Shown piece after piece: positions 26,283 through 33,293 of a stretch of 33,293 nt of DNA (the stretch's first letter is position 1; every line of letters starts with the position of its first letter). The notes beneath the pieces are model-generated. The model did no database searches. It had not been told where the DNA came from and was given only the letters and a program-made list of their open reading frames with translations. The stretch is from Candidatus Thorarchaeota archaeon (GTDB lineage Archaea; Asgardarchaeota; Thorarchaeia; Thorarchaeales; Thorarchaeaceae): contig JAEOUG010000052.1 of the NCBI GenBank assembly GCA_016839445.1, forward strand, positions 1-33,293, written 5' to 3'. The translations under genes and the position numbers were made by a program.

Positions 26283-26671
26283 CAGAACCAGAACGGCCCA
26301 CCAATCACGATCCAGAGGATGATTCCAATCAGGAAGTTCATGAATATGCAGAAGCAACACACACCGCAGCATGTGTTGCAGCCGCTGGAGGGTTCCTCAG
26401 GTGTCTGTATGGTCCACTGCGAATCCTCACGCCAGCCCTCGTCTTCGTATCGAGACCTGTCCATATAGCTCGGGTACGATCCTTCGAACCTGACCCTCTC
26501 ACGCCGTGCGTGTGGTTCTCCGCCCGGTATTGTAAAGGCTCCGAAGCCTCCAAGATGTTCAAAGGTGCCACCACAATGGGGACACCGCACTCTTGCCTTT
26601 GAATCATAGTCGAACTGCCCCCTCATCTGGACAGGTTGTCCGCAATATGGGCATTCAGTCTCATCTGACAT
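26270..26671 (-). CDS. Zinc-ribbon protein with Cys-rich C-terminal TM anchor
   Basis: CPYC...CPHC, ending GCNTCCGVCCFCIFMNFLIGIILWIVIGGPFWFWWWF; GAGG RBS. Confidence 0.75.
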   Translation of the reverse strand: MSDETECPYCGQPVQMRGQFDYDSKARVRCPHCGGTFEHLGGFGAFTIPGGEPHARRERVRFEGSYPSYMDRSRYEDEGWREDSQWTIQTPEEPSSGCNTCCGVCCFCIFMNFLIGIILWIVIGGPFWFWWWF

Positions 26672-26790
26672 CAGTGGTCCTCTCGCTATACTCTGTGACG
26701 AAGTCTGCCCGAGGCGTTTTAAACTTCATTGGCGTTCGGCCAGCAAGCCTATAACCGGGATGGCACCTACAGACAATCCAAGGTGACAAC

Positions 26791-27429
26791 ATGACAGAGA
26801 TGACTCGTGAGACGAAGTTGGGCTTCCTCGGGCCACTCATAGCGATAAGTACCATCATAGTAGCGATTCTCCTCTCACCAGGATTCACCTGGCCGGGAAA
26901 CGCACTAAGTGATCTCGGTCACTACACCAGAACCGACCTAGGGCCATACAAACTGATAGGAGCGGTCATCTTCAATAGCGGGCTCATTCTGACCGGACTG
27001 GTGATGCTATACTTCGTCTACAGGCTAAGCAAGCGGACTGCTGACCTGCCAACGAAGATTGCTCTCTACCCACTCATGGTTTCTCTGTTGTTCCTCGTGA
27101 GCATTGGTATCTTCTCAGAGAACTTCTCTGACTTCTACAACATTCACTTCGTCGTCAGCGTGGGATTCTTCTTCTCGTTTCCCTTCGCGATGTGGATAGT
27201 GGGAGGATCCTGGCTGAGATTCAAACACCTTCGGTTGTTTGCAGTGATATCGCTCCTTCTGCCCTTCCTCTCGGTCTATGTATGGTACCTTCACTTCGTC
27301 GGAAACCCATACTGGACTGGAGCGGCAATTCCCGAAATAATCACGGCGGCCTCAGCGATATTCTGGGCGTGGACAATCAACTACATGCAGTACAAGGGGG
27401 CTCTTGCTGACATCATATCGCCCGAGTGA
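26791..27429 (+). CDS. DUF998-like multi-pass membrane protein
   Basis: NALSDLG, FNSGLI, GIFSE...HFVVS and AIPE; AGGTGA RBS. Confidence 0.8.
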   Translation: MTEMTRETKLGFLGPLIAISTIIVAILLSPGFTWPGNALSDLGHYTRTDLGPYKLIGAVIFNSGLILTGLVMLYFVYRLSKRTADLPTKIALYPLMVSLLFLVSIGIFSENFSDFYNIHFVVSVGFFFSFPFAMWIVGGSWLRFKHLRLFAVISLLLPFLSVYVWYLHFVGNPYWTGAAIPEIITAASAIFWAWTINYMQYKGALADIISPE

Positions 27430-27495
27430 GCGAATCGTGCATCGGGGGTCCAGCAAGAATTAATACCGGCCTGCGCAGGACGGTATCTGAGGAAG

Positions 27496-28239
27496 ATGGG
27501 AGTCGCGTACGACAGTCTTGTGCAGGTACTAACGGTAGCGGGCACAGTAGCCATAGTGCTTGCGATCCTGTGTCTCGTGAGTAGACATAGGACACCAGCG
27601 AAGGAGAGAGGGCCCTTGAAGAGGATGCCGCTGTTGCTGCCGGCTTTCGCTTTCGTCTTTGCCATTCTAGTATCATATCAAATCCTGCCTCTGCCAATCT
27701 CAGCATACCGGGGAGGAAACGAGGTCCAGTTTCTATTCCCAAACGAAAGGTCTGTGGAGCTTGAGGTCATAGATGCGGGCGAGATCTACTTCAACCGTAT
27801 CGAGGCATATGCAGGGATGCAGCTTGGTCCGGATGAGTCGCTTCGTGTCGATCTGGAGATATATGACGGCTCTACCTTGGTGGACATGATGACGCTGAAT
27901 CTCTACCCCCCACCAACTTGGATGTATGTGGAGGATGAAGACTCATCCTCAATGTCGCCAGGTCTCTACAACATCTCTGTAGCATGTACATTCCTTGAGG
28001 ATGGAATCCCTCAGGTGGAGGAACCCTATGTCGCAATTCGGCTGTCTCAACCAACGAGACCCGAGATGATTCAGGAATTGGTGAACTGGAGTTCATACCA
28101 GTTCTTCCTGAACATAGCTTCTGTTGCGTTTGTGATGCTTGGGCTGTGCCTTGGAAGCGAAGAGAAGACCAGAAGGAGGGCCACAGCCTATGACGAGGAA
28201 CCACCCCGCGAAGGAGAGGTCTACGGAAGGAAGTACTGA
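27496..28239 (+). CDS. Hypothetical 3-TM protein with beta-rich loop domain (paralog 1)
   Basis: Two N-terminal TMs, a soluble domain and a C-terminal TM; shares motifs with 29295-30026. Confidence 0.78.
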   Translation: MGVAYDSLVQVLTVAGTVAIVLAILCLVSRHRTPAKERGPLKRMPLLLPAFAFVFAILVSYQILPLPISAYRGGNEVQFLFPNERSVELEVIDAGEIYFNRIEAYAGMQLGPDESLRVDLEIYDGSTLVDMMTLNLYPPPTWMYVEDEDSSSMSPGLYNISVACTFLEDGIPQVEEPYVAIRLSQPTRPEMIQELVNWSSYQFFLNIASVAFVMLGLCLGSEEKTRRRATAYDEEPPREGEVYGRKY

Positions 28240-28273
28240 CGATACCAGTCTAATCATGCTTGCTTCGAAACCA

Positions 28274-29137
28274 CTACTCGAGCCTTGGTACTCGCTTCTT
28301 GGCGAGATACTCAGCCTCAACCTTGCGGAATCCTGATGCATACAGATGGTCAATGATGTCTTCGTGCTTGTCTTGCACCCAGAAGATAGCCTTCTCGGTG
28401 CTCACTTCTCTCAGCGCGCAGTCCACGACTGCCTGTCCGTACCCCTTCAGATAGGAGAAGGATATGACAGTGGAGTCAGCTTGGTCATTGTCAAACTCAT
28501 ATCGAACAAACCCCACAATGGAGTTGGTCGAGGAGTCCGTAAGGGAATAGCAATTGCCGCCACGGATGGAGTACTCCAGAGTCCGGGGATCACTCGGGCC
28601 CCAGTAGTTGTCTGTAGTCAAGTGTAGCACAACGGGTATGTCTTCGAGGCGAGCCATGTGCAGCTCGAGAGGGGGTTCGGAAGCAGATCGCGTCGCCCGT
28701 CCGTCCAATCGTAGCACAAGGCCCTGAATACCGTACCCAAGCCGTTCAACGAAGGGCAGTGAGCGACTGTTGTGTACCTTCACACCGATAGAGAAGTGGG
28801 TCAGCCGAGGATTCCTCTGTAGGAGAGCCTGTTCGGATTCTTGGACCAATCGAGTGCCAATCCCGGTATTCCTCCACTCTGGCGATACAGCAAGTTCCCA
28901 TATGCTGCCCCAGCTCAGGCTGTCTAGAACGGCGTTGATAGCTACTCCAACGATTCTGTCGTCAACAGTAGCAACCCTCCAGAGAGTGGACAGGTCGCCC
29001 ATGATTCGGCTTCGGTTCCACCATCTTGAGAATCCATCAAAGGTCAGTGAGTCGACCTGCGGAATCCCTGTTTCGTACACCTCGAAGAACGCTTTCTGTT
29101 CCTCAACTCGTGGGGGGCGGACTACTGTCTCTATCAC
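28274..29137 (-). CDS. GNAT N-acetyltransferase, probably tandem domain
   Basis: LAVSPEWRNTGIGTRLV (motif A) and HNSRSLPFVERLGY; degenerate second domain KGYGQ...LYASGF. Start probably GTG 29137. Confidence 0.87.
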   Translation of the reverse strand: MIETVVRPPRVEEQKAFFEVYETGIPQVDSLTFDGFSRWWNRSRIMGDLSTLWRVATVDDRIVGVAINAVLDSLSWGSIWELAVSPEWRNTGIGTRLVQESEQALLQRNPRLTHFSIGVKVHNSRSLPFVERLGYGIQGLVLRLDGRATRSASEPPLELHMARLEDIPVVLHLTTDNYWGPSDPRTLEYSIRGGNCYSLTDSSTNSIVGFVRYEFDNDQADSTVISFSYLKGYGQAVVDCALREVSTEKAIFWVQDKHEDIIDHLYASGFRKVEAEYLAKKRVPRLE

Positions 29138-29294
29138 TTGTGCTTCAGCTCCTAGAATGGAAGAGGACCAGCAAGGTGCACTGCCAGGTCCAGACAACGT
29201 GAGTGCTATGTCACGATTGCCAGATAAAGATACGCAAGCGTACTACATGAGAGATAGTTCATAAGCCCTCGAAGTCAGGTACACATGTGGTACA

Positions 29295-30026
29295 ATGGGA
29301 GCAGCGGCTGAATCCCTTCTGGTTGTCCTGCAGTACTCAGTCATAGCGGCGGTCGTGCCTGCGATCCTGATAGGATATTGGCGTTACAGGACAGAGCGTA
29401 ACAAGAGGAATCTTATCCAGAGATTCCCTCTACTGGTGCCAGCGATCCTGTTCATAATAACCGCCAACCTTGTTGTTACGTTTCTTCCGGTGCCAATCGC
29501 GGACTATAGCGGCGTCAACACAAGAGCGCTAGATTCCGTGAGTGACTTCAACGTCACGTTCACCGTTCGGGAACCCGGAATCGCCTATCAGAGCGCGATA
29601 ACTGTGATCGCATCAGACTACATGTCACCCGATGAGAGGTTCGACATTGAGATCCAGTTCTACAGAGATAGCGCCCTGAATAGAACGGAGACCCTGAACC
29701 TTGAAGCGGGAGCGACGGCGGACTTTGTGGAATCCAGCCTGAGTATTAGTGCAGATGTGGGAAGCTACCGTCTGGTTGTGAACTCGACCTTCTATATCGG
29801 CCCTACTCCCCAGCCTGATAACGCCCTAGATTTCGAAGTAGTCCAGCGCCTCCGGGCTGGGTTTGTCGACGAACTGAGGAACTGGAGCAACTACCAACTG
29901 ACGCTCAATCTGACGGTCATTGTCTTGGTCTTCGCAGGATTCTGCATCAACCAGACGCCAGTCTTTAGACCGAAATATGGAAAGCCCCTCTATCCAGAGG
30001 GGACTGAATCAGAAAAAGCGGAGTAG
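29295..30026 (+). CDS. Hypothetical 3-TM protein with beta-rich loop domain (paralog 2)
   Basis: Same layout as 27496-28239; several N-x-S/T sequons in the loop. Confidence 0.78.
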   Translation: MGAAAESLLVVLQYSVIAAVVPAILIGYWRYRTERNKRNLIQRFPLLVPAILFIITANLVVTFLPVPIADYSGVNTRALDSVSDFNVTFTVREPGIAYQSAITVIASDYMSPDERFDIEIQFYRDSALNRTETLNLEAGATADFVESSLSISADVGSYRLVVNSTFYIGPTPQPDNALDFEVVQRLRAGFVDELRNWSNYQLTLNLTVIVLVFAGFCINQTPVFRPKYGKPLYPEGTESEKAE

Positions 30027-30049
30027 TGCCACCGCCGGGGCAGTGGCAC
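30026..30049. terminator. Hairpin GTGCCAC...GTGGCAC between convergent genes
   Basis: 7-bp perfect outer stem in the 30-bp gap between two stops. Confidence 0.4.
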
Positions 30050-30056
30050 ATCTTCT

Positions 30057-31376
30057 CTACTCAAGTAGCTCGTCGAGCACTTCCAGAAGCTCGACAACCT
30101 TCAGCTTAGACCCGACTCCAGAGTTGTCAACGCCGGACTCCTCTTCCTCCTTCTGTAGGGCCTTGATACCATCGTTGAAGTTCGTGATGCAGAAGGGACA
30201 CGAGGTCATGAGAATGTCTGCACCTGTGGATGCGGCCTCCTTGAGCCGCTCCTTCGAGGTCGAGAGTGCCATGTCAGGGAATTGGGCCTTCACACCTCCA
30301 CCGGCACCACAACAGAATGAGTCACCTTTGATCCTGTACATCTCATGCAACTCCACTCCAGGGATTGCCTTGAGGACCTCACGAGGAATCTCATAGTGCT
30401 CCATCTTGGCCTTCTCGGCCTTCCGGCTGTCAAGAAGCCAGTTCTCAGACCCCTTCAGAATCTCCTTCTCAATGGCGATACCGACGTGGCGGACGCTGTG
30501 GCAAGGGTCGTGCCAGGTGATCTTCTTGGAATACTCCTTGTCAATCTTCAGCTTGCCCTCACGAAGAAGATCATACACATACTCCACTGTGTGGCGAGCC
30601 TCGAACTTCAGGGGCTTGCCGCTGAGCCTCGGGTAGTCATTCCGGATGGTCTTGTAGCAACCGGCACATGAGAACAGCAGCAGGTCGAAGTCGTTGAAGA
30701 GCTCGAGGTTCTTCTCCATGACATCGTGGAACACGGCCTTCTGGCCAGTTCTTAGAATGGGGCTTCCGCAGCACACCTCATCTGAGAGGATGGTGAAGTC
30801 CACGCCCAGTTTCTTGAGAATGGATGCGGTGTGGTCAGCCACATGCTGTTGCCGGTATGCACCCGTGCAGCCCACGAAGTATGCGATCTTGACATCCTTG
30901 TCAATCTGTTCAGCATGCTTCTCTTGGGCCCACTTAGTACGGTCGCTGCGGGCCTCCTTGTATGGATTCCGCAGTTCCTTGTCAGAGACCATCTCGCCGA
31001 ACTTCTTGTGTTTGGACAGGGGCTCGACACCAGCCTCGATGATGGCTGCTCGAAGCTCCTCAGTCACGTGCACAGTGTCTATGTAGTTGGGGCACTGGGT
31101 CTCGCACATGCCGCAGGTGGTGCATGCCTCTGCAACCTCAAGCATCTCCTGACTCGGCTCAATCTCGCCGTTCAGGAAGGCTCTGGCAATCCATTGCTTG
31201 CCCGAATTGAAGTAACCTTCCCAGCCATAATAGAGGCCGGCCGGACAACCCTGAAGCATACCGGTATACTCCTCGGTCTCTCCTTCCTTGTCGGGTTCAC
31301 CGGAGTAGGCGTACTGGCAAGCACGGCAGTGGATGCAGCGTGCATTGATCTTTCGAAGGTCTTCCAGACTTGTCAT
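30057..31376 (-). CDS. Fe-S oxidoreductase with two CCG domains (HdrD/GlcF/GlpC-like)
   Basis: CIHCRAC...CP, CTTCGMCETQCP, YFVGC, VCCG, SCAGC, WHDPCH, FCCGAGGG and TSCPFC. Confidence 0.93.
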   Translation of the reverse strand: MTSLEDLRKINARCIHCRACQYAYSGEPDKEGETEEYTGMLQGCPAGLYYGWEGYFNSGKQWIARAFLNGEIEPSQEMLEVAEACTTCGMCETQCPNYIDTVHVTEELRAAIIEAGVEPLSKHKKFGEMVSDKELRNPYKEARSDRTKWAQEKHAEQIDKDVKIAYFVGCTGAYRQQHVADHTASILKKLGVDFTILSDEVCCGSPILRTGQKAVFHDVMEKNLELFNDFDLLLFSCAGCYKTIRNDYPRLSGKPLKFEARHTVEYVYDLLREGKLKIDKEYSKKITWHDPCHSVRHVGIAIEKEILKGSENWLLDSRKAEKAKMEHYEIPREVLKAIPGVELHEMYRIKGDSFCCGAGGGVKAQFPDMALSTSKERLKEAASTGADILMTSCPFCITNFNDGIKALQKEEEESGVDNSGVGSKLKVVELLEVLDELLE

Positions 31377-31448
31377 CTCAATCTTTCCTCCCTTTCGTTG
31401 TAGTCATTAAAGAGTTACGCATTGTAACCATCTCTACCGTCCCCGGTT

Positions 31449-32966
31449 TCACTCCTTACAGGGATTCGGAAGGTCCGTTACGCTCTCCCATGGGATTGCG
31501 AGACGACCTGGGTGCAGTATCTTGTTCGGGTCAAGGACCTCTCGGAACTTGACCAGCATCCTGTAGTACTCCTTGGCCTTGCTGAAGGTCTCCGGAGCAT
31601 GGACGAAGGGATCGGGTCGGTAGTTGATCCACCCCTTCTTCAAGAAGCTCCGTGTGGTCTCAAGATTGAACTCCCGGATCTTGTCATAGATGCCCGGCTC
31701 GGTGCTGTCAAAGCACAGAATGGGCATGACAATCGCTTGCCGTGCGTGGTCAATTGAGGCCACCCACATAGTGGGCGGGAAGCCATAGTTCTCCATCGCG
31801 GCGCAGTACTCGTCCATCATCTCGCCGGACTCCAGCCATGGGCAGTACCACGTGATGAATAGGAAGCCAGCCTGCCAGAGGGAGTACGGGATGGCAATCT
31901 TGTTTGGCTTCTTGAGCCGAGATGCCACCTGCTTCGGATGGAGGTCCTGCTTCGGAGTGGACCGCTTCTCGCGGACCTCGTAGTCCTTGTAGACCTCGTC
32001 GATCTTCTTTAGGGTGAAGTCGAGCTCCTCCTGACTCCAAGCCCAGCACTCGTAATTCATCCACTTCCTGTCTACGCCAATCTTCTTGTAGAACTCGTAG
32101 TCGACAGGGACATTTGTCTTTGGCCAGCGGGTCATGACCAGCTCATAGTTACCACCTTGGACCATGACCGTCCGTTCGCCAACACCCATCTCGTGCTTGG
32201 ATATCTCCCAAGCAGGCTTGATGATGTCGTCCCAAGTATCGCCTCCGTAGGCCACCACCGTCTTGTAGTGCGGATGTGGAACCATCTTGATAGCACACTT
32301 AGTGATGATACCCATGGAGCCCTGAGAGCCGAGGAACAGCCCGTCCGGGTTGGGGCCGACACCCCAGCGATAGAAGGGCTTGGCTCCAGGTAGTGCCCAT
32401 GAACCGGTGTGGAATATCTCACCAGTGGGGAGTACAACCTCCATGCCCATGATCATGTCTGCCTGCGGGCCGTAAACACCTGTGACCAGAGAGAAGCCTC
32501 GTTCGATGGCATCGCCCAGCACAGTTGCCGCGGGCGGAGCTCCATCAGGTATGGGGGGCGCCCAATCAGGGTACTTCGTCTTGAAAATCCTCCAGGCATC
32601 CCCTGATTTGACACCAGGCTCTACGATCATGACTCTGTTCTCAGTATCGACTTCCATTTTGTCCATGCGAGTCATGTCCATGTAGATACCGCCGGGCTCA
32701 ATGGCGGGAAGCGCGAAGCCTCCGCTGAGGCCGCCGGCAGCTGGTGTGACAGGGCTTAGGTTCTCGTTTGCCACAATGAGAATCTTGGAGACCTCTTCGG
32801 CGTTAGCCGGTCTCACAATGACCTCTGGCAAGACCGCTTCGAGCCCCATAATGCCTTTAGCCATGTAACTATGACGAAGTGGTTCGCTTGTAGTTACGTA
32901 CTTCTCACCGCAGATATTGGTGAGTTTAGCCACCACCTCATCAGTGACCTTGTTGTATTCTGCCAA
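31449..32966 (-). CDS. FAD-binding oxidoreductase (VAO / GlcD / D-lactate dehydrogenase-like)
   Basis: VRPANAEEV, AGGLSGG, VEPGV, GMEVVLPTGE, FLGSQGSMGIIT and LDPNKILHPG; GGAGG RBS. Confidence 0.92.
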   Translation of the reverse strand: MAEYNKVTDEVVAKLTNICGEKYVTTSEPLRHSYMAKGIMGLEAVLPEVIVRPANAEEVSKILIVANENLSPVTPAAGGLSGGFALPAIEPGGIYMDMTRMDKMEVDTENRVMIVEPGVKSGDAWRIFKTKYPDWAPPIPDGAPPAATVLGDAIERGFSLVTGVYGPQADMIMGMEVVLPTGEIFHTGSWALPGAKPFYRWGVGPNPDGLFLGSQGSMGIITKCAIKMVPHPHYKTVVAYGGDTWDDIIKPAWEISKHEMGVGERTVMVQGGNYELVMTRWPKTNVPVDYEFYKKIGVDRKWMNYECWAWSQEELDFTLKKIDEVYKDYEVREKRSTPKQDLHPKQVASRLKKPNKIAIPYSLWQAGFLFITWYCPWLESGEMMDEYCAAMENYGFPPTMWVASIDHARQAIVMPILCFDSTEPGIYDKIREFNLETTRSFLKKGWINYRPDPFVHAPETFSKAKEYYRMLVKFREVLDPNKILHPGRLAIPWESVTDLPNPCKE

Positions 32967-33130
32967 GTGAATGATCCTCCACTATCGGTCAGGGACCGAA
33001 TCGTGATTCGTCGAACGCAGGCTGTCGCTGGAAAAATCGGGCATAAATAGGATTCGGATGCAAAACCTACGTAGAACGGACAAGTTATGTGGGACCCCAA
33101 GCCAAGCTCAGGTCAAAGGAGGAGAGACCC

Positions 33131-33293
33131 TTGAAGGTTGGAATCCAGATTGAGCCTCAGATGGGGTACAGGTATGAGGAGATTGTAACCCTTGCGAAGG
33201 CTGCTGAAGATGCAGGCTTCTACAGCTTCACGGTCTCAGACCACTTCTTTGGCAATCCTGAGAGCGTAGAGAAGCATGCGCATGATGCGTGGA
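33131..33293 (+). CDS. LLM-class (probably F420-dependent) oxidoreductase, 5' part only
   Basis: Hand translation from TTG 33131 after GGAGG: MKVGIQIEPQMGYRYEEIVTLAKAAEDAGFYSFTVSDHFF...DAW, matching the AE..GF.....SDH motif. Confidence 0.85.
   Translation, partial: MKVGIQIEPQMGYRYEEIVTLAKAAEDAGFYSFTVSDHFFGNPESVEKHAHDAW

Noticed and set aside
30831-31403. 190-aa plus-strand ORF
   Set aside because: Antisense to the Fe-S oxidoreductase.
1-33293. Selenocysteine or pyrrolysine read-through
   Set aside because: The TGA/TAG stops I examined fall at plausible ends of their protein families, with no homologous continuation and no SECIS-like element recognised.

Overview
Gene-dense archaeal chromosomal window. 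TATA-type promoters, GGTGA/GGAGG ribosome-binding sites, frequent TTG/GTG starts, a tandem-domain Lrp/AsnC regulator and an FAD-oxidoreductase/CCG Fe-S pair suggest an Asgard (Thorarchaeia-like) host; the taxonomy is inference. The backbone is a scattered minus-strand set of biotin- and B12-dependent acyl-CoA genes: a pyruvate/oxaloacetate carboxyltransferase (cut off at the left edge), an acyl-CoA carboxyltransferase, biotin ligase, methylmalonyl-CoA epimerase, a split methylmalonyl-CoA mutase, MeaB and a two-subunit CoA-transferase. Interspersed are a radical SAM enzyme, DJ-1/PfpI, a heme catalase, a solo HNH nuclease, RNase HIII, an Ntn-hydrolase-like protein, an MFS transporter, threonine aldolase, HAD and GNAT enzymes, three paralog pairs and the start of an LLM oxidoreductase at the right edge. 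The best candidate for an undescribed system is at 4.2-7.4 kb. There a small wHTH regulator is divergent from a SWIM zinc-finger gene and an NLR-like STAND NTPase that has GxP and MHD motifs but no sensor repeats. These are followed by a separately transcribed, very basic Cys4 microprotein with a structured leader. No CRISPR array, rRNA, tRNA or transposase was seen.
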